Shown piece by piece: positions 44,374-60,816 of a stretch of 64,000 nucleotides of DNA. Below the pieces are notes generated by a model. It worked only from the letters and a program-made list of their open reading frames with translations, ran no database searches and was not told the origin of the DNA. The position numbers were made by a program, and so were the translations under genes. The number at the start of each line of letters is the position of its first letter. The stretch's first letter is position 1. Source of the DNA: the human T2T-CHM13v2.0 reference genome, Homo sapiens; assembly GCF_009914755.1 (NCBI RefSeq), contig NC_060941.1, one strand, 5' to 3'.

Positions 44374-45332
44374 TTTTTTTTTTTTCTTGAATTATGAGAT
44401 TTTTTGTACTTTGAGTTCTGGGATACATGTGCAGAACGTGCAGGTTTGCTACATAGGTATACAAGTGCCATGGTGGTTTGCTGTACCCATCAACCTGTCA
44501 TCTACATTAGGTATTTCTCCTAATGCTATCCCACCCCTAGCCCCTCACCCCCTCACAGTCCCCGGTGTGATGTTCCCCTCCCTGTGTCCATGTGTGCTCA
44601 TTGTTCAACTCCCACTTATGAGTGAGAACATGCAGTGTTTGGTTTTCTGTTCCTGTGTGAGTTTGCTGAGAATGATGGTTTCCAGCTTTATTCATGTCCC
44701 TGCAAAGGACATGAACTAATCCTTTATTATGGCTGTATAGTATTCCATGGTGTATATGTGCCACATTTTCTTTATCCAGTCCATCATTGATGGGCATTTG
44801 GGTTGGTTCCATGTCTTTGCTATTGTGAATAGTGCTGCAATAAACATACATGTGCATGTGTCTTTATAGTAGAATGATTTATAATCCTTTGGGTATGTAT
44901 CAAGTAATAGGATTGCTGGGTCAAACTGTATTTATGGTTCTTGATCCTTAAGAAATTGCCACACTGTCTTCTGCATTGGTTGAACTAATTTACACTCCCA
45001 CCAACTGTGTAAAAGTGTTCCAATTTCTCTCCATCCTCTCCAGCATCTGTTGTTTCCTGACTTTTTAATGATTGTCATTCTAACTGGTGTGAGATGGTAT
45101 CTCATTGTGGTTTGATTTGCATTTCTCTAGTGACCAGTGATGATGAGCTTTTTTCATATGTTTGTTGGCCACATAAATGTCTTCTTTTGAGAAGTGTCTT
45201 TCTATATCCTTAGCCCATTTTTTTGATGGGGTTGTTTGTTTTTTCTTGTAAATTTGTTTAAGTTCCTTGTAGATTCTGTATATTAGCCCTTTGTCAGATG
45301 GACAGATTGCAAAAATTTTCTCCCATTCTGTA
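44374..45332 (-). mobile_element. L1PA-type 3' end fragment
   Basis: poly-T, gatacatgtgcagaacgtgcagg; ORF2-like [11 protein letters not shown] translation. Confidence 0.9.
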
Positions 45333-46572
45333 GGAGGCTGAGGCAGAAGAATTACTTGAACCCAGGAGTTCAAGTTCAGGTGGGCAACACAGTGCGATTT
45401 CATTTTTAATAAAATAAAATAAAATACAAAATAAAAGCCATGGGGAAAAGGTAGACCGTTATATGTATTATATGTACTTTGGGGACAATTTTGTATTCCC
45501 TTTGGTGTGGGGGCAGGGAATGTTGAAACCATACTTCATCCTTTACAGTGGGACGAATTACAAGTAGATCAAAGATTGAGATATGAAAAATAAATAATAA
45601 ATATGCCCAAAAGGATAATTATTTTATAAATTTGGAGTCAGAAGACTTTTCCAATGATGACTCAAAATTAAGAAGCCGTAAAAAACTGTTAGATTTGACT
45701 CCATAAAATAACAGTGTTTGAACTTGTGCTTGGGTGAAAAATACAACCTGTAAAACCAGAAGACAAGATGACAAACTGGGAAACAATATTACAATTACAC
45801 TCTAGACAGTGACCAAAAGGAAAATACAAAAGGCACTTAAAATAAGAAAAAATGCTCAATGTCACTCATGAAAAGAGAAATGTAAATTTAAATTATACTG
45901 AGATATTTTAGTTTTCCACCTATCAAACTGAAAAAAATCAAAGTTTGATAACAGATACATTCACTGCCTATAGCACTCTCATTGCTTGTGGCAATGAAAT
46001 GTAAATTCATGCAAGTTACTATAATGCTACTACAATTAAAACAGTGTGATATTGGCATAAGGGTTGGAAAGTAGATCAATGAGAAAGAATATAGAGTTTA
46101 GAAATAGACTCACATATATGTGGTCAATTGATTTCTGACAAAGATCCCAAAGCAAGTCAATGAGAAAAGGAAAGCTTTTTCAATACTGTTTTTTCAATAC
46201 TGTTCAATACTTGTCGCTGAATCAAGTGGATACTTGTATAGCCAAAATGAATACATCTTGATCTCTACCTCACGCTACGTATAAAACTTAATTCAGGTTG
46301 GATTAAACACTTAATTGTGAAGATTTCAAGTCTAAAGTTTTTAGAAGAAAACTCAGAAGATTATATTCATAACCTTCTGCCATGAGAAGACTTCTAAGCT
46401 CATGGAGGACACTATAATAAATAGATTAGACTTCATCAAAATGAAAACCTTTTGTTGATCAGATAAATAGCTAAGAAAGTGAAAAGGCAAGCTACAGCCT
46501 GGGTTAAAATATTCTCTCTCTCTCTTCATACACCCACCCCCCAACGCACACATTAGAACACATACATACACA

Positions 46573-46923
46573 ACGTCATATCTTTTGTAACAATGGGAAT
46601 ATATTCTGAGAAATTCACCTTTAGTGATTTTGTTGTTGTGTAAACATCACAGTGGACTTCATGAACCTGGATGGTATAGCCTATAACACACTTAGGCTAT
46701 ATGGTATAGTCTATTGCTCATAGGCTGTAAACCTGCACAGCATGTTACTGTACTGAATACAGTAGGCAACTGTAACACAATGGTAAGTATTTGTTATCTG
46801 GAAACACATTTAAACATAGAAAAGGTACAATAAAAATATGACATTATAGTTTTTTGGGACAGCTTTTGTATGTGTATGTTCCATCATTGTTGACTGAAAT
46901 GTCATTATGTGGCACATGACTCT
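46573..46923. mobile_element. Tigger3a-like DNA transposon
   Basis: gatggtatagcc...cagcatgttactgtactgaatacagtaggcaactgtaacacaatggtaag...cacatgact. Confidence 0.8.
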
Positions 46924-47540
46924 ATAAATAAATATGTGTATAAAAATAAATAAACACATATTTATTTATACAGTAATATACTATCTCTCTCTCTCTCTCT
47001 CTCTCTCTCTGACAAAGGACCTCCCCCAAGGACCTAGCAATTTCATGGTTAGGTATATGTCCAAGAGAGATGAATGTATATATTTTATACACACAATAAT
47101 ATTTGCACAAGAATGCTTATAGCAGCTATATTCTTAATAGCACTAAAATAAAAATAACTGCTCATAAACAGAATAATGGACAACAAACTGTGACATGTTT
47201 ATGTAATGGAGTAGTATGCAACAACAATAAAGAATGAACTGCCGGTACTCATGACACCATGGAAAAATCTCAAAAACATATTGAGCTGAAGAAGTCAGGC
47301 ACAAAACAGTACGAACAGTATGACTACATTTATATTAACTTCAAGAACAGGCAAAACTCATCTTTGACATGGTTAGAGATAAGAGTAGTGGTTGTCTCTG
47401 TCAGAGAGATGTACTGGCTGGAAAGCAACAAGAAAGAATTTCTAAGGTTGATGTTCTACATTTTGAAATGCTATTCTGTATCTTGATCTGGGTGTTGATT
47501 ACACAAATTCATGTGCTTTCAAACTCCATGAAGCTGCCTA

Positions 47541-47840
47541 CTTTTATTTTTATTTTTAGACACAGGGTCTCACTCTATTGCCCAGGCTGGAGTTTAGTAG
47601 CATGATCATAGCTCACTGAAGCCTTGAATTACTGGGCTCAAGTTGTCTTCCCACCTCAGCTTCCCAAGTAGCTGGGACTACAGGCACATGCCACCATGCC
47701 TGGCTAATTTAAAAAAATTTTTTTAGAGATGGGGCCTCATTATGTTGCCCAGGCTGGCATAAACTCCTAACCTCAACTGATCCTCCCACCTTGGCCTCCC
47801 AAAGCACTGGGATTACAAGCGTGAGCCACTGTGCCCAGCC
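47541..47840 (-). mobile_element. AluJ-like
   Basis: Reverse AluJ motifs. Confidence 0.88.
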
Positions 47841-49514
47841 TGACCTGCGCACTTTCAATTGATGCATCTTATTGTCTGAAAATTGTATCTCAATAAAGTG
47901 GAGTTAACATAAAAAGTTAAGATTTGATACAACTGTGCAGCTGCATGAATGTTCACTACTTTATCTATATACTTAAATTACAAATGGATCAAAGATTCAA
48001 ATGTGAAAAGTGAAAATCATAAATGTACTAAAATAAAATATAGGAGAATACTTTTACAAATTCAGATGAGGAAGGCCTTTGTAACAGTGACTTGAAATTA
48101 AGAACCTGTAAAAAATACGATAAATTTGACTCCATAAAATAGCAGTGTTTGAAATAGTCCATTAGTTTGAAAATGTATGAAAAATACTGAAAGTAAATAA
48201 ATCAAGAGGTTAGCAGTGAAATTCTTTGCATTTTATAGTTACTGATGAATATTATTTTCTTGTTTTTATTCCACAAATTCCACAAATTGAATGTATCTCT
48301 TTTAGAATCATTAGAAAAATTGTCTGCAAAACTGTTTCTGCTTCGTTAGTTTCTTAGACTTTTTTTCTGCCTCCATACCTTTCTAATAATTTTTATTCTT
48401 TTCCTCTTGTGTCTCACATGCAGAGTTGTTCCTTCCTTGGCTGATTCCCTTTTGATTTCTTCAGGGCCACATTTCATCCATTATGCTCCCCCTTTTCTTG
48501 CCTCTTTCATGTCTTCTTTACTACTGGATCATTTTTTCTTTCCCTATAAGCACATCTGTTAACTGATCCTACAATGTCTGACCCGTAACCATGAGGCACT
48601 TCTTCCATGAAGGTGGCTTCTGCCTTCTTTTCATTACCAAACCTTTTGACAGAATAGTGGGTACTTATTGTCTTTATTTTTCTACCACCAGGTCATTTGT
48701 TAACTTTTGTCAATCTGGCTAGCCTGTAAATTACTTTACCACATTCTCCACTTTGGAGATCTTCTTTATCTACCTTCATATAGCTCCATTGCTGGTGCAG
48801 AAATGTTCAACCTTCCTACAGACAGAGCAAGGCTCAAATTCTTGTTTGCCTGGCAACCAAGACCCTCCACAATATTGACCCAGCTGACTTTATCTCATAT
48901 TCCAGGACCCCCGACCCACTCTATACATTCTAGCCCAACTGCATCCTTTGCTATTCCCCAAGCTCTTCCTGCCCTGTTCCCCCACTGCACATTTATTGTG
49001 GGGGTTCCCTCTACCTTTCTTCATCTGTGTGTTTCAAGGCTGTTCTGGAAGAGACTCGGGCTCACGCATATCTGGTTCTCCTCTCCTTTTGGGCACATGG
49101 GAGGCTTACCCTCTCTTGCCCCTTTGCAGTTAGGCAGGGTATTACCAAGGCTTTGTTTTCTGGTTCAAGATCTTTGGGCTGTCTCTTCCCTGCCCCAGGC
49201 ACTGAGAAGGCAGCTGTTCTAGAAGTGCTTCTCTCTTCTCTTTTCTTTTTTTGAGTGTCATTTTGGAGAATCTCAGCTGTAAAAACTCAAGTCCACACTG
49301 CCTGGAAGATCGAATCTGGAAGTGATAGAAAGTTCTCTTGACAGCTTTGCCCCTGTCTTTCTGAGAAAGGGGTTGTGCACAACATAGGAAGAATGGGCAC
49401 TGGGGCCAGCCTGAGACCAGTAGCTGAGTGATAGGAAGGCCTTATCTGCCTCTGTAGAGCCAGTGAGGAATCCATGAATTGTAAATATTAAATTTACATA
49501 GATTAAATATTTAA

Positions 49515-49943
<429 letters not shown>

Positions 49944-50905
49944 TAATTTGTTCTCCATTCTTATAATTGTGTCATTTCAAGAATGTTATATACATAGAAT
50001 TATCAAATATATGGCCCTTTGAATTGCCCTTTTTCACTCGGCATGATGGCCTTGAGATCTTTAGGACATTTCTGTGATCTCTAGTTTTTGGCTATTACAA
50101 ACAAAGCTGCTATGAACAATTGTGCATCTCTTCAATCCTTTTACTTTCAACCTACCTATATTGTTATATTTAGCTTTTTGCAGAATGTATCGTACAGTTG
50201 GATCATGCTTTTTTATCCACTCTGCCAAGATCTGTCTTTTTTCTATGTCTTTAGACTCTTTCCACTTGCTGTAATTTTCTATATTTAGCCTGTATTGTAT
50301 TTATTGTATTCTGTTTGTTCATTCTGTTTTTTGTTTGTTTCTCTGTATTCTTTTTCCTGCCTTTCTGTGGGTTACTTGAATATGCTTTAGAGTTCCATTT
50401 TGATTTATCTATAGTGTTTTTTAGTATACCTATTGGCATAGCTTTTTAAATAGTTGCTCTGGGTATTTCATGCTGTATGCATAGCTTACCATAGTCTACC
50501 AGTGTTAACGTTTTATCAGTTTAAGTGAAGTGTGGAAAACTCGCCTTTGTTTATATTCCTTTACTCGCCTCCATTTTAATATAATTGTCTTAAATATTTT
50601 CTACACATATATTGAGAACCACATCAGACAGTGTTATACTTCTTGCCTCAACCATGAAACATAATTTAGAAAACTCAGGAGGAGAAAGAAATTTATTTAA
50701 ATTAATCATATATTAATTTTTTATTATATTTTTTCCTGTCTGATCTTCCAAGTTTCCTTATTTTATAGTTTTGTTTGTGTTTAGGGAATTTTCTTTAGTC
50801 ATTGTTTTAGGTTGGTTTGCTGGCCACATCTTTTAAGTTTCCTTCATCTGAGAATGTCTTGATTTCTCTTTGGTTTTCTGAACGATATTTTCAAAGGGTA
50901 TATAA

Positions 50906-51532
<627 letters not shown>

Positions 51533-53605
51533 GACAGTTTTTTTTTTTCTTTTAGCATTTGAAAACTATTGTATTACTTCATATTGGCTTCCATGGTTTA
51601 TGGTGACATACCTGCCATCAATTAAATTGTTTTCTTCTATTGGTAAGGTGTCATTTCTCTCTCACTGCTTTCATAATTTTTTTTGTCTTTAGCTTTCAAA
51701 AGTTTGAATATGATATTTCCTGGTGTAGATTTCTTAGGGTTTATCATTTTTGGGGTTTGCTTGGTTTCTGGAATCTGTAGGTTTTTGTCTTTTGCCATAT
51801 TTGTAAATTTTCAGTGTTTATTCCTTCAAATGTTTTTGGCTTCACTTTTTCTCCTCCCTTACAGAACTCCACTGACATGAATGTTAGATCGTTTGATATA
51901 GCCCCAAAATTCCCTGAGACTCTATCTTTTTAACACTATTTTTTTTCCGTTTTTCAGGTCGGATGATGTCTATTATTGTATCATCAAATTCCCTGATGTT
52001 TTCCTCTCTGGCCTGCATTCTGCTGTTAAGCCCATCTCCATTGAGGTTTCTATTTTGGTTCTATGGTATGTTTCAGTTCTGAAATTTCCACTGGAGTCTT
52101 TCCATCTTCTTCATTGAGTCTTCTCTATTTTTGCATTTGTTGTAAGAGTTTATTGAAGCATTGCTTACTGAAGCATTTTTATGATGACTATTTAAAAATC
52201 ATTGTCAATAAGTAAAATAGTGTAACTGGATGTTTGTAACACCAAAGATACATGCTTGAGGGGATGGACACCCCATTCTCCATGTGATTATTACACATTG
52301 CATGCCTGTGTCAAATCATCTCATGTACCCCATAAATATATACATCTATGTACCCAGAAAAATAACAAATAAAAAGTTAAAAACCCTTGTCAGTTAATTC
52401 TAACGTCTTTTTCCTCTTGATGTTTGAATTTGTTGATCATCTTTTTTCCTGTAAGTTGAGATTTTATGATCCTTGGTATAAAGAGCAATTGTTGATTGAA
52501 ACCTGGACATTGGGGCATTATGTTATGAGATTCAGGATACTGTTTAATCTTATGTTCTAGCAGGTCTCCTCTGACACTGTTTTGGCAGGGGAAGGGGGAC
52601 ACTGCTTCATTCCTACCAGGTGGGAGTAGAAATACAGGTTCTCTCCACTTTGCCCCTATTGACACCCAAGGGGAGAGCCCCCCTCATCACTGCTGGGAGG
52701 GAGGATTTTAGACTCCTTACCTGGCCTCTGCTGATACCACCCTGGCCAGGAGGGGCAGGAATATCTTGTTATTGCTCCCATGCAGCTTCCACTGACACTG
52801 CATGGGGGTGGCCTTGGTACTGCTGGAGGAGGGAAAGAGTTCTGACTGTCCAGTAGGACTCTTGTGACACTAACCCCAGAGGAGAAAAGAAGAGCCTCAC
52901 TGCAGCCTGTAGAGTTAAGTCCAGGCTTCCCGTGTGGTCTCCACTGATACCATGATGGTGGGACAGGGAGTGCTTCCATGTCTCATAGTAGGAATGAAAG
53001 TCCTGGATCTCTCACTTAGCCTTCCCTGATTCCACCCCAGTGGTGAAGTTTGAGTGCCTTATTACAGCCTGGGAAGGATAGAAGTCTGGACTCCCCACCT
53101 GGCCTTTCCTTGTGTGGATATGGGTGGGTGAAATGATATTTTCTGTGGTGTTTGGCTGAGTTGAGTGGTTATTGTCTAAAGGTTTTCCGCCTTTCTAGGC
53201 TGCCTCTTTTCTGGTTCTTTAAGCAGAGCAAGCTCTTTCTGTTTGTTTGTTTGTTTGTTTTGTCTGCACCTGTTGGTGTTTCTGGTTGTTGGTTTCTCCA
53301 GCTCCCCCTCTGGGATATATGAGATAAAAAGCTAATCCAGGGAGCTCACCACAGTGTCACTCCTGGAGTCTCAACATCTTTAGGTGGTTTGGCTTCTTCT
53401 TCTACCTTTCAGAGTCCTCTTATGTTTATTTGATATGTAATTTCCAGGGTTTTTAGGAGGAGGAATATGGAAATATACATCATTCTGGAAGTTCTCTACC
53501 TTGTTTTTTAAATATATGAGAATAATTATTCTTATAACCTAAATGTCCAATAACAGATCAATGTACCTTATGGTACATTATGCAACCAGTAAAATGATGG
53601 CTACA

Positions 53606-53919
<314 letters not shown>

Positions 53920-54190
53920 CTACAATACAATCTTATGTTTTTATTAGAATTAAAAATGCTTAGATGACATAAATGAAAGAAAGTTTACACAAGTGTGTGC
54001 ATATGTTAGTATGATTATAGCTGTGTGGAAAAATCTATTATAAGAAAGAAAACTGGAAGAAAGTACCCCAAAATATTGACTATGGCTGTTTGGAAGATGA
54101 AATCATAAGTGACCTTTTCCCTTTTAATGAGCCAAATTTAAAAAAAGAGAATCTAGTACTTTTATAATCAAAAAATACATTTTATCATAT

Positions 54191-54437
54191 TTTATTCCTA
54201 ATATTTTTCCTCAGAAAGATACACACAACTATTTTCTAAGATATATGACATTTCTCATGGGTTCATTAATTTATTTGTATTTGAGGAGTTAAAAAATATT
54301 TTCAGCCTGGGTTTATGTACATTGAAACTATGGTTATGGGTTTAGATGATTTCCTTGCCATAAAATGAATATTCTATCAACAGTAATCAGCCATAGAGCT
54401 ATATTTACCACGCTAAAGGAATAAAACACGTTTTATT
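54191..54437 (-). terminator. KRT40 candidate polyadenylation signals (AATAAA at 54432-54437, 54270-54275, 54191-54196)
   Basis: Three tttatt hexamers on + strand downstream of the stop; which is used cannot be told from sequence. Confidence 0.55.
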
Positions 54438-54657
54438 TGGAGATGAGCAAGAATGCTTTATGGGCTTCCAGTATACCACAAATAAGCCGGAAGGAGAGGA
54501 AATAGTAAAGCAGAAAGACTGAGGATACCTGGAGGGCAATTCCAGGATATGAGAGCCTCCTGGATTTGTGCTTCCGGTTTGGATGTCCCTGGTTGAAGCC
54601 CCATCTCCTTTCTAGGATGCTGCTGGCTTTGATTCCTCTACCTGCTGTCCTTAACAT

Positions 54658-54757
54658 TCACAAGCAGCAGTTTTCAACAGTGCAGATGACATAGGCTGAG
54701 CATGGCTCACAAGTGTTGCTCGAGGTGCATGTGGTCGAACATGGGCTACAGGAAAGC
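54658..54757 (-). CDS. KRT40: KRT40 coding exon 7 (Cys-rich tail)
   Basis: ttccccag|G CTT TCC TGT...LSCSPCSTTC...ENCCL-TGA. Confidence 0.93.
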
Positions 54758-55212
54758 CTGGGGAAAAATCGATTTTCAACCAAGATTAACAAGGGAATGT
54801 TGATAAAATGGCAACTCAGAAAAACCGTGTCAAAATTTGCCCTACAAATTATGTTCTGAAAAAAACTCTGCACAATAGCATTGACTGAAGCCTGTTTCTT
54901 CTCTGCACCCAGAATTGCCACTTCATGTTCACTGTAGCAGTGGCAGTTGAATAGTATTTTATATTTTTTCTTGATTTTGCAAATGTTATCTTAGGCCTAT
55001 TCCTGATTTTCCTTTAGTGGAAAACAGGAACAAAGGGAGATGCCAGCATGAAATGTTACACTAATAATTAATCTGCCTTTAGAATATTTTAAAAATATCT
55101 CTAGTGTCATGTTCTTAACCTCAGCCACTTTTCAGCACTTTTTTAAGAAGATCCCTAAACACACTGGGGAGGTCTGAACTTGTCCAGACTTTGGGGAAAC
55201 AGGATTCTTTTA

Positions 55213-55575
<363 letters not shown>

Positions 55576-55694
55576 CTATGTGACCACTGGCAAATTATTT
55601 AGCTTCTGTGAGTCTCAGTTTTATTCTCTGTATAGTGGAGAATACAAAGTATCTGTTTCATTAGACGGTTGTGAAGATTAAGAGTTAATATGCG

Positions 55695-55976
55695 GGCTGG
55701 GCGCGGTGGCTCAGGCCTGTAATCCCAGCACTTTGGGAGGCCGAGGCGGGCGGATCACAAGGTCAGAAGATCGAGACCATCCTGGCTAACACGGTGAAAC
55801 CCCGTCTCTACTAAAAATATAAAAAATTAGCTGGGTACGGTGGTGGACGCCTGTAGTCCCAGCTACTCAGGAGAATGGTGTGAACCCGGGAGGCAAAGCT
55901 TGCAGTAAGTCAAGATCATGCCATTGCACTCCAGCCTGGGCGACAGAGGGAGACTCCGTCCAAAAAAAAAAAAAAA
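55695..55976 (+). mobile_element. AluY-like inserted in a MIR, KRT40 intron
   Basis: TSD aagagttaat(a/g)tgcg; short internal deletion. Confidence 0.9.
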
Positions 55977-56199
55977 GAGTTAATGTGCGTAAAGCATTTA
56001 GAACAGTGCCAGCCATACTGCCACTGTTCTACGTGTCAACTATCACTACCACCACTATGACTACAGCAATACATGACATATTTGTGAAGCTTAAGGACTA
56101 TCCACAACATATGAGAGGAAAGATTGAGTTTGGGCTCTTGGCAGGGAGGGGTAGTATAGTGCTATTAAGAGAAGAGGCTCTGGATACCAGAGGCTGGGA

Positions 56200-56515
56200 C
56201 TGGCATATGTGTGGTAAGGGGATGAAGAGAGGTTGGTTAATGGGTGCAAACATACAGTTAGACAGAAAGAATATGTTTTCATGTTGGACAGCAGAGAAGT
56301 GTGACTACAGTTAACAACAATACACTGTGCATTTCAAAATAGCTAGATGGGAGGACTTGAAATGCTCCCAACACATAGAAATGATAAATACTTGAGGTGA
56401 TGGATGCTCTAAATATCCTGACTTGATCATTACACATTCTATGCATGTAACAAAATATCACATCTACGTAAAAAAAATTTACGCATATTATATATCAATA
56501 AAAATAAATTTAAAA
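56200..56515 (+). mobile_element. L1MA-type 3' end
   Basis: gagaggttggttaatgggtgcaaacatacagttaga...gacttgatcattacacattctatgcatg. Confidence 0.75.
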
Positions 56516-57245
56516 AGAGAGAGAGAAGAGACTCTGGGATTCAACTGGCTGAACTCAGCTTCCAAGTTTGCCTCTTAGAATTGCATCCTTTGCAAGTTAC
56601 TTAATCTGAGTCTCAGTTTTCCTTATCTGTGTCATGGGATAAAGGTATCTATCCGGTAAAGTTACTGTGAGCCTTAAATCAGCATAGTGCCTCTCACAGG
56701 ATGAATGCTCAGCTATTGTTCTTCTAGGTGTTCTCCGCAGGGCCTAATGACATGCACACAGTGGTGCTTGACCAGAACTGGTTCATGTCATCTTGAACGC
56801 ATGGTGTTCCTGTTGCTTGAGTGGGGGGTGGTGCAGTGAAGGATAAGGTTGAAGTGTAGATCCTGGGAAACTGTAGGATGAAATGTTTGAAAATGATTCT
56901 TTGTTTTAGATATAACAGTGAGCCTGGAAAACTGGCCTGAATCAAATGAGAATTAAAACCTGCCAGAATGCTTAAGCGACCATGGCCCGGAGGTTTCTCT
57001 CCAGCTCTGCTTCTCCCTCCCTGTCTCTGGAGGCTGCTGCAGCATCAGACTCAAGCCCAGGAGTGAAGGTAAGGCATCTTAGAGGACAAGCTGTGGACCT
57101 GTCACTTCTGCTTCTATTAATAGCTGGGTAAACGGCAGTACTCGGGAAAGGCAAGGAAATGTGATCCTCGGATATGGAAGAGGGCTTAACATCTCAGGGC
57201 CTGACTTATCAGTGACACAACGGACACTGCCTTTGCCTCACGCAC

Positions 57246-57371
57246 CAGGCTTTGCTGTGCTTGGAGCTCAATTTCCAGAGCACTGGCTGTGCGTTTCAGT
57301 TCCAAGATCTCCATCTGGCAGCCCTGCAGCTGCTCCGCGCTGGACAGTTGCTGCTGATTCAGCTCTTCTGT
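57246..57371 (-). CDS. KRT40: KRT40 coding exon 5 (126 nt)
   Basis: [42 protein letters not shown]; donor CTG|GTGCGT. Confidence 0.93.
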
Positions 57372-57450
57372 CTGAAACACAGACACCATTAGAGAATTCA
57401 AAAAAGGCAGAAGTCTGTAAGCCTGACATTTTTTCAATCTGGGTACTGAC

Positions 57451-57612
57451 CTGAACAGCCAACCATTCTTCAGCTTCTCTGCGATTGTTGGCAAGCACCG
57501 TTTCACACTGACAGCGCATCTCATCCAGGACCCTGTTGAGGTCAAGGGTGGGGGCAGTGTCCAGCTCCACACTGAGGCGGTCGCCAAGCTGTTCACGAAG
57601 CAAGTTGACTTC
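57451..57612 (-). CDS. KRT40: KRT40 coding exon 4 (162 nt)
   Basis: [36 protein letters not shown]...WLAVQ. Confidence 0.95.
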
Positions 57613-58325
57613 CTGAAAGTGGGATGGTGTAAAGAATGTCACAGAATGGTGGGGAAAAATCCATTTGACATCCAATGGCATTCTACTTCTGTTTTTTGGA
57701 GCAGTGGGTAAAAGTGTGAGATTTTGATTCAGATTGCCTGGGCTGAATCTCTTTTCACCACTTAGAAGGGCCTCAGTTTCTTCGTCTGTAAAATGGACAT
57801 AATAATTGGACATTTTTCCAGAAAGTTATTGTGAGATCTAGAAGAGTCAATCTACACATAATTAACTTATAAAAGTTAATTATGACACATAGTAAGGTGT
57901 CAATAAATGTTAGCTATGATTGTCATCAACAAACGTTCAAAGAGCAAATGTACTTTGTTACATCATTCAGCTTTTCATTTTCTAGCTTTATCAATATATC
58001 AGTGGCTGTATATTTTATGATTTTTAGAAGTTTATAAATGCGGAATATTTAAAAACACTGGTCCAGATAGTGCACAGTCTTTATCCCTTTTTTGAAATGG
58101 ACTTCACAGTCTGTTCCTCAGCCTGATTTTCATACCCTGTGGACTGGAGCTAGGGGTGGCATAAAGCCTCCAAAGGAAGCCATTTGTGAAGTTACCTCCT
58201 CCACAAAGGCAAGGGCAGGAGAAGAGTTTGATTCCTTCCTCTGGCGCTGTCTAGGGGTTATTTCACACCTTAAATCAGAGACACACTGGAATGATCAGGT
58301 TGAATAGTAATAATGCCTCGAGTAG

Positions 58326-58637
<312 letters not shown>

Positions 58638-58665
58638 CTGCCTCAAGTAGTTTTATTCCAGCTTA

Positions 58666-59010
<345 letters not shown>

Positions 59011-59107
59011 TCAGGAAGCCATGTGCATAATTTCTCTTAATTCCTAAGTAATGATAAATTCAAGCTTTTAAAACATTCTTAACTTTAAAATATTATATAG
59101 AGAATAT

Positions 59108-59108
59108 T

Positions 59109-59139
<31 letters not shown>

Positions 59140-59154
59140 TTGAGAGAGAGAGAG
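59108..59154. repeat. (TG)n(AG)n microsatellite
   Basis: Direct reading. Confidence 0.9.
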
Positions 59155-59181
59155 CCATAAGTTATTTTCAAATTAAAATTA

Positions 59182-59495
<314 letters not shown>

Positions 59496-59505
59496 ATTAA
59501 ACTTA

Positions 59506-59601
<96 letters not shown>

Positions 59602-60287
59602 TCATTATGTGATAAATGATTCTTTGAGAGAAACCTAAGTAAACTTCTATCCAACAGCTATGCCATTAGCTATCTTTTGAAAGTCTTTATAAGAAAGTAT
59701 AAAATCACCCTCAGCCTGCTTTTTTTTATTAACCTTGTCACTTCATGAAGAAAAAAAGCAGAGCCAATTTAGAAACAAAATAATGAAATAAAAAGGTTTA
59801 GTTTTTTAATAACATAAGACATTTTGCAACATTCTCAGGCAGTTGAACACCATTAATGTTTTCTCCATCAGTAGTTTGTATTATGAGTATATCCTCTCCC
59901 ATAATAATAGAAATTCATGGAGAGAAGAAAATGATTACTAGGTAGTTAAAAAGATGGCATTTCATGATCTGTGTTCAGATAATGTAAATGTTCAGTGTCA
60001 CGTACAAAAGCGATTTTGGATATAATACAGTTTTTCTGCATTCTATAGATGATGAAGGAAAAGTCTACAGGCAAGTTACTTTATTATAGTCACTCAGTAA
60101 TCAGGGGTAGCTCTGGGGCTGATGCTGAGGTTTTCTGACTTTCAGTCCGGTGCTCTCCCCTATGTATCACTAACTCTTAGAATTTTCCTTTCCCTTGGTT
60201 TCCTTCTGTAAAACAGCCCCTTCTAGTAGAAAGATAAAGCAAACCATAGATCAGGAAGGTGGAGCACTAGGGCAACAGGACACAGAC

Positions 60288-60734
60288 CTTTTGTTGGAGA
60301 TCTTCAATGGTGTTGAAGTAACGCTGATAATCCGGGCACACCATTGGGATATCCTGTTCACATTGTTCTTGGATCCTGGATTCCAGCTCTGCGTTGGTCT
60401 CCTCCAGGCTGCGCACCTTCTCCAGATAGCTGGCGAGTCTGTCATTCAGGAACTGCATCGTCTCCTTCTCATTGCTAGTGAACACCCCATCCTCACACCA
60501 GGCACAGTTCCCCACCAAGCAGGGACTATTACAACTCCCAGTAAAGTAGCATGGCAGGAGGCAACCAGTCAGCCCGCGAGACCTGGATAGGAAGCTTGGA
60601 GTCTGACATCGGGATGTAGCACAGGTACCGGGGAGACAAGCTGTTTCCACGGAGCAGCTTGAGGCAGGTGCACAACCGGAAGCCGTGCCACAGGACTCAG
60701 GAGAGCAGTGTGTGGAGGAGCAGTCAGAAGTCAT
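60288..60734 (-). CDS. KRT40: KRT40 coding exon 1 (149 codons)
   Basis: MTSDC...[20 protein letters not shown]...DLQQK; donor AAG|GTCTGT. Confidence 0.95.
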
Positions 60735-60809
60735 CCTTCCAGAAGCAAAGACAGAGACTGGCTGCAAAACTTCAGTTGCCTTGACTCCAAAACTCTCCTC
60801 TCCTGAGAG

Positions 60810-60816
60810 TTTTATA
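60810..60816 (-). promoter_or_regulatory. KRT40 proximal TATA box (TATAAAA)
   Basis: Perfect TATAAAA ~80 nt upstream of ATG. Confidence 0.75.

Larger units (their letters stand above)
45540..48160 (+). mobile_element. Old L1M fragments with younger inserts (approximate ends)
   Basis: Degenerate L1 ORF2/3'UTR motifs (gaaatagactcacatatatgtggtcaattgatt, agacttcatcaaaatgaaaacc). Confidence 0.6.
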
